Positions 38,210 through 51,699 of a stretch of 64,000 nucleotides of DNA are shown here, piece after piece. Numbering within the stretch: the first letter of the stretch is position 1; each line of letters starts with the position of its first letter. Below the pieces are notes generated by a model that searched no databases, was not told where the DNA came from, and worked only from the letters and a program-made list of their open reading frames with translations. The stretch lies in assembly GCA_028534125.1 (NCBI GenBank), contig CM052816.1:83020001-83084000 (forward strand), written 5' to 3'. This stretch comes from Lama glama (lineage: Eukaryota). The translations under genes were made by a program, and so were the position numbers.

Positions 38210-40465
38210 ATAAACCCTGCATTTAAGATTAGGAACAAAACAAGGATGGTCACTCTTACCACTTCTATTCTACATGATTGGAAATCCTAGCCACAGCTAT
38301 TAGACAGGAAAAAGAAATGAAAGTTATCCAAATTGGAAAAGGAAGAAGTAAAACTGTCACTGTTTGCAGAGGGCATGATACTACATATAGAAAACCCCAA
38401 AGACTCCACCAAAACAAACAAACAAACAAATGAAAAACTGTTATTAGAACTAATAAATTAATTCAGTAAAGTTGTAGGACACCAAATCAATATACAAAAA
38501 TCTGTTGCATTTCTTTACACTAATAGCAAACTATCACAAAGTAAGAAAACAGTCCCATTTACAATTGCATCAAAAAAGAATAAAATGCCTAGAAATAAAT
38601 TTAACCAAGGAGGTGAAAGACCCATATATTGAACATTACAAGACATAAGTGAAAGAAATTGAAGAAGATACAAATAAGTGGAAAGATATTTGGTGCTTAT
38701 AGTATGGAATGATCAATATCATTAAAACACCAATATTACCCAGAGCAATCTACAGATTTAATGCAATAACTATCAAAACTCCAATTGCATTTTTCACAGA
38801 ACTAGAACAAATCCTAAAATTTGTATGGAATCACAAGAAACACTAAATAGCCAAAGCAATCTTGAGAAAAAGAAACAAAGTTGAAGGTATCATGCTCCCT
38901 GACTTGAAACTGTAATACAGTACTATAGCAAAAACAATGTCAAAAACCATGGTACTGGCAATAAACAGACACATAGATCAAGGGAACAGAACATGAGTAT
39001 CCAGAAATAAACCCACACTCATGTGGTCAATTAACCTATGATGAATGTGGCAAGAATATACAATGGGGAAGAGACAGTTTTTTTAGTAACTACTGCTCAA
39101 AAAACAAACAGGTTCAAGAAAAAGGATGAATCTGGACCACTTTGTTATACTGTATAGAAAAATAAACTGTAAATAGAATAAAGGCTTAAATATAAAACCT
39201 GAAACCATAAAACTCATCAAAGAAAACCTAGGCAGTAACTTCTCTGACATCTGTCTTAGCAAAATTTATTGGATCTGTCTCTTCAGGCAAGGGCAACAAA
39301 AAGCAAAATTAACAAATAGGGTTACATCAAACCAAAAAGCTTTTGTACAACAAGGAAACCACCAACAAAACAACAAGGCAACCTACTGAATAGAGAAGAT
39401 ATTGCAAGTTATATACCAATAAGGAGTTGAAATACAAAATATATAAAGAACTTAAAAAATTAAATATTTAAAAAACCCAAACAATCCAATTAAAAAAAAA
39501 TAAGTAGAACACCTGAATAGACATTTTTCCCAAGAAGAAATACACATGGCCAACTGACACATGGAAAGATGTTCAGCATCACTAATTGTCACAGAAATTC
39601 ACATCAAAACCAGAATAAGATACCACCTCACACCTATCAGAATGGCTGTTATCAAAATGACAATAAACAACAGATGTTGACAAAGATGTGGAGAAAAGGG
39701 AACCCTTGTGCACTGTTGGTGGGAATGTAAGTTGGTACAGCTCCTGGAAAACAGTATGGAGTTTTCTCAAAAAACTAAAAAGTAGAACTATTATACAATC
39801 CAGCAATTTCACTTTTGGGCATGCATCCAAAGAAAACAAAAACACTACTTTGAAAAGATATATGTATCTCCTATGTTTATTGCAGTGCTGTTTACAATAG
39901 CCAAGAAATGGAAGCCATGTAAATGTGTATTGACAGAAAAATGGATAAGGAAGATGTGGTTTATACATACAGTGGAATATTGCTCAGTCATAGAAAAGAT
40001 AAAATATTGCCAGTTGCAGCCACGTGAATAGGCCTGAAGGTATTATGCAAAGTGAAATTAGTCAGATGGAGAAAAACAAATACTGTGTGATTTTACTTAT
40101 ATGGAATCTAAAGAACAAAACAAATTATTGAAACAGAAACAGACTTACACATACAGAGAACAAACTGGTGGTTGCCAGAAGGATGAAGAATTCGGAGATG
40201 AATGAAATAGGTGAAGGAGATTAACAGGTACAAAATTCCAGTTATAAAATAAATAAGTATAAATAAGTATAAACAAATAAGAGGATTAATGTACACATAG
40301 GGAATACGGTCAATAATATTTTAAGCAGTTTGTATGGTGATGGATGGTAACTGGTCCTTATTATTGGGTGATCTTTTTAAAATATATAAAAAGTATCAAA
40401 TTACTATGTTGTACAACTGAAACTAATATAATACTGTATATTAATTATAACTCAATAAAAAAGAA
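38210..40465 (+). mobile_element. LINE-1 ORF2 3' half, 3'UTR and A-tail, decayed
   Basis: GTKQG..L.PLLF at about 38230, RT motif degenerated to LFAEGMI at about 38360, C-terminal [13 protein letters not shown], and ends 'ctcaataaaaaagaag'. Confidence 0.95.
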
Positions 40466-41227
40466 GCACTAATGTCAGAGAGCTTGTTTTAGTTGATTCA
40501 TTCTACTATTTTGTCTCATTTACCGTGTGAAACACTGTTGTCTCCAGAAAAGTCACTTTAATATAGTTCCTTGATAAGGTAGCTGGCATCATAATCTTAT
40601 TTACTGAAATGAAATTAAATAATCCTATCCTCATTCTCCACTGAACATAGAGGACAGCTGGTTATCACTCTTATGGTTTATTTGCATGAAAAATGATTTT
40701 ACTATTTCAATAATCTTTCATTAAGTTGATTTTTAAAGGGATTATATAAGAAAAAATTCATTCTGTATTTTAAAATGTATCAAACAGGAAGAACATTTCA
40801 TTCTGAAATGAACATGTATCATCTGAAGTGCCTGGGTTGATTATAAACTTTTTAAAAGATCATTATATTCTTCAATAAAAACAAAAAGCTTATGAACCTA
40901 TCACTTTGCTGGCAAGAAAGCATTGATATTTTTTAGAAAAAGAAGAAAAGAAAAGAATTTTGAAGTATTCAGAGGTTAGAAAATCATCCAAAAGGAATTA
41001 CAAATGGCAATAAAGATGACAAATATTTTGGTAACAAGAGAGACCTCACTTACCTCAGAAATAAGCTGTGTGACTTCATGTACAAAGCTGCATGTGAAAT
41101 TGGCAAAGTCTATCCAAGTGTATACTTTGAAGCTCTTCCTTCTTTAAGGGGGAAAAAAAACTATTAGGTGAATTTGTAAATTAACTTTTTTAAAAAACAG
41201 ATCCAAACTGTCTTCCTAATCAACCTG

Positions 41228-41400
41228 CTTTTCTTTTTTTCTTCTCTTTTCCTTTCTTCTTCCTTTCTTTCTTCTTTCTTTCTTTCTCTGTCCTTTTTTC
41301 TTTTCTTTCTCCCCTCTCTTTCCCCATCCCTCTTCCTTCCCTCCTTCCTCCTCTTTTATTTTTCCTTCCTTCTTCATTTCTCTCTCTCTCTCTCTCTCAT
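41228..41400. repeat. Polypyrimidine low-complexity tract (TTTC/TTCC/CT)
   Basis: Seen directly in the sequence. Confidence 0.9.
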
Positions 41401-43064
41401 TTTTACTTGACTGAATACAGAAACATTTTATTAAATCATATCATAGTATTTTGATTCATACTTCCAAATTATTTTACACACTTGGTAACAATCAATAGGT
41501 GGGAAACCAGTCAGTAGGTGATTTCCTCATTATGTGATGGTTATTCTAAGTTCTGGGCTTTCCAACATAAATTTTAGAATCCATTTGTCAATATCTACAA
41601 AGCAGCTTGCTGAGACGTTGATCTGAATTGTGTTGAATCGATTGATCCAATTGGGAAGAATCAATATCTTCACGATACTGAGTTCTCCAATATATGGACA
41701 TACAATATTCCACTTTCTATTAAGGTCTTCTTTGGTTTTCTTCATTGCTGTGTTGTAGTTTTTCACAGACAGACACTTTTCACAGGAAACTGTTTTTATA
41801 AGACATGACAGTTTTTCACATAAAAGACACTTTTTTGGTGTTGTAGTTTTTTTTTTCCCTTAACTTCAAGTTTCAGTCATTTATTGCTGGTTTGTAAGAA
41901 AGTGATTGACTTGTCAGGGGATGACTTGCATGTTAATCTTTATCCTGTGACCTTTGCATACTTGTTTCTTAGCTCCAGATTACTTTTGTAGAATCTTGGG
42001 TTCTCTGTATAGACAGTCCTTTCATGTTTGAATGAAGGTCTTTTTTGCAATATCTCTCTATATTTCTTCATGTCATATTGTATCTGCTAAGACATCTGGT
42101 TCAATGTTAGAAAAGAATGGTAAGGAAGGACATCCTTGCCCTACTCCTAATTTTAGCAGGATATTGTTCACTTTCTCACCATGAAGTGTGAGGTTTGATG
42201 TAGGCTTTTTGGCATATTCTATTTATTAGATTAAAGTAGTTCCCCTCTGTTACTTATTCACTGAGAGTTATCATAAGTGAGTTTTATTGAATGCTTGTTC
42301 TGTATCCATTTGTGTGCTCATATGTTGTATCTTACTCAGTCTATTAACATAATGAATTACATAGATTGCTTAATGAATGAATGTTGAGTAGCCTCACTTT
42401 CCTGGAAAGAATCTCACTTGGCCATATATTATCTCTTTTATATATTGCCAGATTTGAGTCACTAATACTTTGTAAGGATTTTCCATCTATGTTCATGACA
42501 AATACTGGATTGATGCTTTCTTGTCTTGCAGTGTCTTTATCTGGTTTTGTTATTAGAGTAATGCTGGCCGTAATTACAGAATGAATTGGAAATGTTACCT
42601 TTGCTTCTAATTTCTAGAAGAATTTGTGGGAAATTAGTATTATTTCTTCCTGAAATACCTGGTAGAATTCACCAGTAAAACCATATAGGTTTGATGCTTT
42701 CTTTGATTAATTATTGATGCAATCTCTTTAATAGATATGGGTCTACTTATACTACCTGTTTCTTGTGTGAGTTGAGTAGTTTGTGTCTTTCAAAGAAGTG
42801 GTCAATTTCATGTAAGTTATCAAAGTTATGGGCATAGACATGAATGTATTATTTCTTTAGTATCCTTTTAATATTCATTAAATCATTAGTGATAAATCCT
42901 CTCTCACTTCTGATACTGGTAATTTGTGGGTTTTTTCCTCTTGTTTCCTTGGCTCACCTGGCTAATGGTTTATTCATTTTATTGATCTTTTCAGAGGAAA
43001 AAGTTTTAATTTTGTTGGTTTTCTCTGTTTTCATATAATTAATGTTGCTCAGATTTTCATTAAT

Positions 43065-43975
43065 TCTTAAAAGGAAAGCCATTCTTCCTTTCTACTATAC
43101 ACGTAACATTTCTAACACCAAATATGTGCTTTTTCCCCACAGCAACCAATTTTTCAACTCTTTGGACACCAACTGGGTATCCTACAATTTAATTCAATTC
43201 AATTCAACTCAATTCTATTCTGACACTGCCTGGCTGGAGTTATCACCAGATCTCATAGGTTAAAGGCTCAGACCTACCAGATTGCCCCCAACTTCAGATA
43301 CCTGTCTCAAGTTCAAGCCTCTGGTATTTCTGACTGATTGGTTATAAATCAGAGTTCCTACTACCCACTCTTCGGATTTAATAATCTGTTAGGATGACTC
43401 ACAGAATTTAGGAAAAACAGTGTACTTACTATATTACCAGTTTGTTATAAAAGAATACAACTCAGGAACATCCAGATGGAAGAGATGCAGAGGGCAAGAT
43501 ATGGGAGAAGTAGTACCAAGCTTCAATATCCTTTTCAGGTGTGCCACCCTTTCAACACCTCCGTGTGTACGCCAATTCAGAGGCTTCTGAACTCTGGGTT
43601 TTTATGGAGGCTTTATTATGATCCTTGGCATGATTTATTAAATCACTACCTATTGGTGATTGAACTCAATCTCCAGTCTCTCTTCCCTCCCCAAAGTCCT
43701 AGAGTGGGGCTGAAAGTTCCGATCCTTCTAATCAAGTGGCTGGTTCCCCTGGCAACCAGCCTCCCATCCAGAGAGCTTTCCAAAAAACACCTCATTAACA
43801 TAAACTGTGGTTGAAGGGGGCATGTTGTGAATAACAAAAGATGTTCCTGAATTATTTTGGAAACTGGGAGCAAAACCCAAAAATTACAACAAAAGGTGTT
43901 TTTATCACTTTTGCTTTTATCATTTAGGAAATTACAATGGCCAAAAATGAAGATCAAAAACAGACATTCAGTTAA
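43065..43975 (-). mobile_element. ERV solo LTR (MER21-like) inserted in old L1
   Basis: 'ggacaccaactgggtatcctacaatttaattcaattc...ctgacact...ggttaaaggctcag...ggggctgaaagttcc' matches my recollection of the MER21-group reverse strand. Confidence 0.8.
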
Positions 43976-44816
43976 CACTATAAATTTTCCTGTACTATTT
44001 TTATCGTATCTTGCAAATTCAGATAAGTTTTGTTTTCATTTTTATTTGATTTGAAGAATTTAAAATTTCTGTTGAGATATCTTCTTTGACCAATTGATTA
44101 TTTAGAATCATGCTGTTTATTTTCCAAATATTTTCGTGAAAATTCCAGCTTTTTTTTTTTTCTTGGTTTTGATTTTTAGTTGATTCTTGATTTAATTTCA
44201 TGTACTTTGAGAACATATTTAACATGGTTTATTTATATTCTTACAAATGTTTAGGGAGTGTTCTATAACCCAAAATGCAGCCTAAGTCTTCGTGAGTGAT
44301 CCACGTGAGCCTAAAAAGGTGCATTTTCCTGTTTTTAAATGGACTACTCTATAAATAGCAATTTGATCAAATGATTAATAGTGAATTTTATGTCATCTGA
44401 ATCCCTTTAATTTTCAATCTGCTTCATTTGGAAATTACTGATAGAAAAGGGATGATGTCTCCAACTATGTTAGTAGAATTTTCTGTTTCTGTTATTAGTT
44501 CTGTTATTTTTACCTCATGTATTTTGATGTTCTTTTAGATGCAAAAACATTTAAATTTTTATTTTTATTAGAAATTTGAACCAATAATCATTACATAATA
44601 ATACCCTTCTTTATCTTTTATAGTTTTCTTTATTATGAATTCTGATATATCTCAAATGTATATAGCTACTTCAGCTTTCTTTTTTAATGTTCACATGCAT
44701 ATCTTTCTGCATTCTTTTGTATTTAACCTATTGGAGTCTTGAGTTACTTGCAGATAGCATAAATTTGTTTTTGGTTTTTCTTTTTTTAAAAAAAATCCAA
44801 TCTAATAATTTTTCTT

Positions 44817-45129
44817 TTCCTTATTTTTTAAACATTTTTTTCATTGAGTTACAGTTGTTTTTACAATGTTGTGTCAAATTCCAGTGTAGAGCACAATTTT
44901 TCAGTTATACATGAACATACATACATTCATTGTCACATTCTCTTTCACTGTGAGCCACCACAAGATCCTGTATGTATTTCCCTGTGCTACACAGTACTAT
45001 CTTGTTTATCTATTCTACATTTTGAAATCCCAGTCTGTCTCTTCCTACCACCCATCCCCCTGGCAACCACAAGGTTGTATTCTATGTCTGTGAGTCTGTT
45101 TCTGTTTTGTATTTACGTGGGGTTTTTTG
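44817..45129 (-). mobile_element. Young L1 3'UTR-only insertion with a 12-bp TSD
   Basis: Near-identical to 13500-13790 (caaattccagtgtagagcacaa...). The TSD ATAATTTTTCTT is at 44805-44816 and 45130-45141. Confidence 0.93.
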
Positions 45130-47354
45130 ATAATTTTTCTTATTTTGTGTATTTAGGACATTTACATTTAAGGTAATTATTGGGATATATAATTGGGATA
45201 TTATTGGGATTATAATTTGCCAAATTCTAAACTGTTTTCTATTAGTTGAATTTGTTGGTTCTTTTTCTTTCCCTCTGTTTATAATTTTTCTGGCCTTAAC
45301 AGAGCATTTTATATACATTTCATTTTCTCTCTACTCTGAGCTCATCAATTCTTTAAAAAAATTAGTGGTTTCCCTAGATTAAAACTAATTTTAGTTATTT
45401 TAACTTCTCTGTCTGATAATTTCAAAATCTGTGTTTTATCTGTCTAGTTTTTAATGATAACTTTGTCTTTCCAAACTGATTTTTTTTTGCTTTTTTTCTG
45501 GTTTTGTAAGATTTTGTTAAAACTTATGGATTTTGATGTATGGGACAATAGAAAGTCAGGTAAATGGGCCTTTATTGTGATGACGCTTATTAATCTGGCT
45601 AGGAGTTTCCCCATTTAATGCTTGCTGGAGCTTGTTGTTGGAGATAAAGGTGTTTGGCTTCTAATCTTCCTAGTGTCCTTATTTTTATCTCCTCTCTTGA
45701 CTTTGGAGATTCCTTATGTACTTCTCCAAGAGGATTTGTTTCTTTCTCCTTTTTTCATATGTACTCTACTGTTAGTAGACTGAAGCCTTGTTGGTTTGGT
45801 GATAAAATATGGGGTAGGAGGAACATTCTGTAGTTTTCTGATTAGGTCGCAAATCTTTTAGTGGCCCTGTGTCTGGGTTCTCTTAACTTTACCCCTGTTT
45901 CTCCAATGAAATAGCTTTTTCCCTTGAACCATACTCCCTTGCTAAGCAATAACATTCCCATTTATTTTCTTGAAGTCCTGTTCCCTGATATTGTTTTCTC
46001 CCCTTAAGGTGAGATATTATCCTGGGAGCAGTATCCTATGGGGAGGAGTTCCCTTCTCCCAGCTTGTATGAGATTTCAGATTTGCTTTCTGGCAAACCTC
46101 TTTTCCCCGGAGAGTATACCTGTGTTTTGAAGAAGGTACTGGATATGTTTCCCAGTGAGTACTCTTTCCCCTATGCCAGAGACAAGACAGGATATTTCTT
46201 GGATTCTCATCATAGAACCTCATAATTTCCTAGAGAGAGCCCATGAAACTGTGGAAGTTCAACAGAGAACTCAAGAGTTTCTCTTCCCTACTAGTCCACA
46301 CATAGCCTCCAGCATTAATCAAAATTACCATTTAAGAGGTCCTTCCAGTTTATGGATCCATTAACTTCTGCTCTAGATAAGCAGATTTCAATTGCAGTAT
46401 CACTCTGGACTAGCCTGGCTCCCCAGATTTCAGGGTGGCATTCTGTCCTGTGACTTCTGTAATGGGTATGAGAAAAGTAATTGATTTTTAGTTTTTACAG
46501 CTTTTCTTGTTTTAAGGACGGGAGTGATGACTTCCAAATTTATTCTATGCCATCTCTGGAAGCAGAGGTCACATTACTGTTTTTGGTACCACTTATACCT
46601 CACATTGTACCTGCTGGATACCTCAGATTCCTGAGCCTCTCTGAATTTTTCTTACACAATAGCTTGTATCTTGATATCCCCCATTTAGCAATCAGTTTTC
46701 ACTCTTTGGTTTGCTAGTTTGATTTCTACTCATCTACCTGCATTGCATCTTAAAAACGTTAATATCCCTGTTATCTCATTTTTCCCCCTTAGTATTTGTG
46801 GATTTATAGTTTTTTCCTCTCCTTCATTATAAATCAGTGATATTTCAGTAGTAGTGATTAGCCAACATGTGTCTATTCTTCCATATTTTGTGAACTTGTC
46901 TATTTTCCATTTCTTTATTTGTTGAAGGTATATTTACCAAACATATGCTACATGTAGGTTTGGACATGAATGGTAACCAAATTTAGTTCCTGGCTTTATA
47001 GTGTTTGTAATCCTATGATGACAATAGATGGGAAGAGTTGTAAATATTAAATCAAATAAAACAGACTTGAAACTTTATTTTTCTTATTCCTATTTTAACC
47101 TTCTGGACAGGCTACTTATTTTCTTATCTCTTGATAAAGTCTTTATCGTGTTCCATAGAATTTCAGTTATACAGACATTTCTTCCAGAGATTCATAGATT
47201 TCATAGACATCGATCATAAATCAGCTTTCTTTACTGATGAGGGTGACGTGTCTCTTCTAGTTGGCACTACATTTCTAACTTTCATCAATCAAGAGAATCT
47301 GTAAAATGAACTGAGGAGTATTATATCTTTAGGAAAAAGTTGAATTTAACACCA

Positions 47355-48030
47355 CTGTGACTGTTTAGGACCTGCCTCAATTGCAGAAAGTTCCCTCATC
47401 AGAGGACATACCCTTCCTGGGGCAGTCTACATCTGATAACTGAGTGACACTGGGGTGTTAAGATCCAGCTATCCTGGCCAGGCATTGCACTTCTGATGAG
47501 AAATAGTCACTTCAAAGCTCCCTGTGGGATTGGCTGTTATGGACTGAATATGTCTCCTCAAAATTCGTAAGTGAAACCCCCAATATGATGCTAGGAAGTA
47601 CGATTTTTGGTGGGTAGTTAGGTCGTGAGGGTGGAGCCGTCATGAGTGGGATTAGGGCCCTTATAAAAGAGACCCACGTGAGCCCTCTTGTCCTCCTGCC
47701 AGTCGGTATATAGTGAGAAGACAGCCTTTGCAACTCAGAAGAAGGAGCATCGCAGAACCTGACCGTGCTGGCACCCTGACCTCAGACTTCTAGAACTAAA
47801 ACTGTGAGAAATAAATTCCTGTTGTTTATCAGCCATCCAGTCTACAATATTCCGTTCTAGTAGCCCAAGCTGACTAAGACATTGGCTAAGGCTTTGTGGA
47901 GCCTGAATCACAGTTTGAATTCTCTCTCTGTTCAATTCTAGTTCACCCACTTCCTTTCAATGGTTTTACTCCCTAATAGAGATCTCATACCCCAAAGTTA
48001 GCATCTCAGCATGTGCCAAGAAGCCAACTT
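47355..48030 (+). mobile_element. ERVL LTR (LTR16-like), split by MLT1A
   Basis: 'cccttcctggggcag...caaagctccctgtgggattggc|taaggctttg...catctcagcatgtg' is continuous once the inner LTR is removed. Confidence 0.7.
47535..47881 (+). mobile_element. MaLR solo LTR (MLT1A-like) with a 5-bp TSD
   Basis: Runs TGTTATGGACTGAA...GACTAAGACA, has AATAAA at about 47809, and has the TSD TTGGC at 47530-47534 and 47882-47886. Confidence 0.93.
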
Positions 48031-48639
48031 AGGAGAATAAGAAAAATCAGTTAAAACCAGGGAAGTTTCTAAATGCTTATATTCACAATGATCTCTTCTT
48101 AGCACAAGTTGCTTTGAAAAAGCACTTACTCATTCTTAGTGTCATCTTTACCTTGAAGGGACAGATTAACACTGGGGCTAATGACAAGACTACTTGTGCA
48201 GTAGAAAAAGAATCAGTTCTGTCATCTTTTGTTTCACTTGTGTTTGCATAATAAGTATTTTTATCAAACCACAGTGCCTTAACTAGAATCTATGTAAGAT
48301 ATTTTGGCTTTGTGAGTATTGTTAGAAGCTAAACTTTAGTTTAAGTTAGAAAAAATGCTTTAAAATTTGACTTAATTGAATACATACACACTAAAAATAC
48401 ACAACTGAGTGAGAGCACCATGCTTCGCATTTCCTTGTAGATTCCCACTCCCACCAGTATAATAAAGGCAGAATGCATGAGAAGTGTAACCTGGATTAGG
48501 GCTTACCTGAGGACATGACTGTAAATGCACCCTTGATTTCTTTCCTTTTCATTAAAATGTATCACATAAACGTTTTAATATTTCCTCCCACACTGTATTT
48601 GCATATGTTGTATATACCCTGGAATGTATTCAACTCCAG

Positions 48640-49170
48640 CTGGACATCACTAACTAGATTAAAGGACCATGAGGAAAGAAACTGTATGTGTCTTGTTTGC
48701 TGCTATTTTCAGTTCCTTGCATAGTACCTGAAACAAAATACATACATACACATATATACATACATATGCATGCACATTCTATATATATAGAGAGAGAATA
48801 TTGAATATTTGATGAAGGGATTTGTACAAATGTTTGTAATTTCCAGGTCATAAAATGATTCATAAAACCTTTTAAAAAATGTATAAGTTATCCTGAGGAA
48901 AAAGGATAATTCTTATCAACTTTTCTGTGAACTCTTTCTTGAGCTTTTCAGCTGTAATCAACTGCACCTCCCTCTGAAGCCTCCTCTACCTTGCTCTCCA
49001 TCCATATTAATAAATCTGTTAGATTTGATGTCATCATTCTTTATAGGCTTATCTCCCCCACTCTTCTGTGAACACCTTGAAAGCCATGCCTTTTTATTAA
49101 GTTTGAAACCCTCGTGCCTAGCAAAGAGCCTATAATGTAATAACTTTTCATGATGGTTTGTTGAATATAA
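48640..49170 (+). mobile_element. L2 3'-end fragments (two)
   Basis: 'ctagattaaaggaccatgagg...gcatagtacctgaaaca' and 'ctgtgaacaccttgaaagc...gtgcctagcaaagagcct...gtttgttgaat'. Confidence 0.6.
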
Positions 49171-51403
49171 TTTATTCTATTTTAACTTTTTTCCCAAGCA
49201 AGCTGAATTATTAGAGTAAGATACAAAAGTATCAAAGATTTTGCCTCAAATGAAAAGTACAAAACCAAACGCATATAGGGCTTGTAAAGTAGATGGATTA
49301 AACAGATTATTTTTGTCTCAGCAACCATCAACAAAAGCACATTAAGAAAATACAAAGGAACATTAACAATCTTTGCTGCATTTGTGCAATATTATGTTTT
49401 CCTCTACAGCTGAATGATTTGTGACAATGAGAATCCATAGTAAGATTTTTAAGTAGCGTTGCTTCTCTGAATTATCTCAAACTGTTAGCATTATGTTTCC
49501 TTTACCTTCATTATACTTCCAAATTCAAGCTAAGATCGAGAAAGGAAACTTAAAGAGATAGTAAATAAATTAAGGAAAGATTTTTTAAAAAGATTCATGG
49601 ATAAGAAAAGCATCTGGAAGCACTGACTGCTTGGTATTCAGCTTCCATGTTAGCAAATGACCTGTTAGTCTGCCTTTCCATTATCTTTTCTCTCTTCCTT
49701 CAAGATCAGTTATTAAAGTAATCATACTCTATTGCATCTGTTTGTTGCTTACATATTATATGAAACTTTGCTATTTTTCTCTCTCTTATTAATGGCCACT
49801 GTTTTTAAGTAATCTAAATATAGATTTTTGAAAATAAGTCATATTCTCTCACCAGCTGATAAGGGCCTTATGAATAATTTAGAGCCTAGAACTAGCTTAG
49901 ATGTGGAGAGACTGTAACTTACTATGGACAAGCTCATATTGCCCATCTGGAAACTGAAACACATTGAATATGGAAGCAATCATCTTCATAATATGATTGT
50001 TATAAAAAATCATTACCTTTCATGCTGGAAATGTCACTTAAATGTCAGTTTGGAAAATACAGAAATCCAGCATGGGCTCTAACTATATGCTGCTTAATTC
50101 ACCTATTTTAGATGAAGTGACATTCTACTAACCAGCCATCATCTTGTCAATAAATATTTTGTTTTTGATTGAGTAAAACGGCTGGACTAGGCACAATTTA
50201 TCAGCTAAAGTCTTTCAGTTACTCCTTTTAATTCTCAGCTTACAAGATCAGCTGTGCAAACTGCAACAATAACAACAAGAGAAGTAAAATGCCAGAGGTA
50301 ATACACATTTTCATGGGTCCTCCTGCCTGGTTATACAGAGTAGTAAGTTTTAGCTATTTTGAAACTTTGCTTATATGCAATTCAACTTTATAACTTTCAT
50401 TGCCTTGTTAAATGTAGGCTGAAAAAGTCTCCAAACTTTTAGGTGGAGCAAATGTCAAAAGAAAATGAGTAATAATTATTGAAACCCTCTTGTTAACTCT
50501 CTAGAAAGAATTTGATTTTTGGAGGCAAGTTGAATCTAGTGACCTGTTAAATAAGGAAGCATGCAAATAATTTTAGAAGTGAGGAAGCATTGTCTCTTCT
50601 TAATTGGCAGTCCTCAAAATACTGTTTAAGGCTTCCAAAGTTTTAACTTCATAGCCTTTCACGCAGAAACTAAACATATCTCCCAAAGAAGTCCAGCCAG
50701 GCACGGTGTTTAATGAAGTAAATAAGACTCTATTGCTTGCAGTTTCAGTGGAGGCACATTAATGGCTCTGGAGTGGAGAGAGTATGGTGCCATTAACAGT
50801 ATTGCCATGAGTTCGTATGGCTACAAGCAATTTAACTAAAGGAAACCACATACTTTACAACTAGTGTGTCTCACAGCTAGAATCTAAATCGCATGTGATC
50901 TCACTACTCATATAAATTAGTCCACGTCATGAAACAGAAAATTACAAAAGGAATTGTCATATTTTTTAAGATACTAGAATTTAGAGTTGTGAAGAGAAGG
51001 CACAACGATCAGAGTAATACCAGTGTCTGCATTTCTTTGGCACATTTCCCAAGATAAGGCCCCCACTTCGCTCCTTTACCAAAAGTCACTGAAAACTGAT
51101 GTAGAAAAGTCATATAACTGTGAAAAAGGATGCCTTTTTGAAGTCACAGCGGGACACTTAGCAATCCTTTTTTATGTCCCATCAGCAGCCGATTCATCTT
51201 CCATTGCAGGGAGTGGATATTGAAGAATTTCATCACTTCTCTCAAAATGTTTATATCTTCTTTATCCTTGGTTTCATCTTCAAATTCACAGATGTAATTG
51301 AGGCCAGTAAGCAGGATTTCTTTTAGTTTATTATACCTGTCACCTACTATCCCTATTGTAATCTCTTTTTGTCACAAATTTTATCCTTCCCCTTTCTCTA
51401 ATC

Positions 51404-51590
51404 CAGTGGTTCTCAAACTTTATTGTGCAACAAAGTTACTTGAAGGGTTTTTTAGAACACAGAATGTTGGGCTCCGAGCCTGGATTTTCCAATTCAGTAA
51501 GTATAGAGTGGGACTTGAAATTTTTCATTTCTAGTAATTTCCAAGGAAATACCAATGCTACTGGTTTAGGGAACACTTTGAGAACCACAA
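51404..51590. mobile_element. MER5A-like hAT MITE
   Basis: TIRs cagtggttctcaaa / tttgagaaccac. Confidence 0.88.
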
Positions 51591-51699
51591 GTCTAAGAAA
51601 AAGAGAGATGACCTTCATCCTATCCAGTGTAATTTCACCAACTACTCTACATGATACCCATTTTATCTTATTTCAGTTCATTGTTTCCTCTCATTTTAA

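Larger units (their letters stand above)
41530..46560 (-). mobile_element. Old L1 (L1M-type) large fragment, ORF2 to 5' region, carrying nested insertions
   Basis: ORF 41530..41766 reads KEDLNRKWNIVCPYIGELSIVKILILPNWINRFNTIQI. ORF 44019..44225 includes IWKINSMILNNQLVKEDI. ORF 45082..45318 includes IITLNVNVLN (ORF2 start). Confidence 0.85.
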
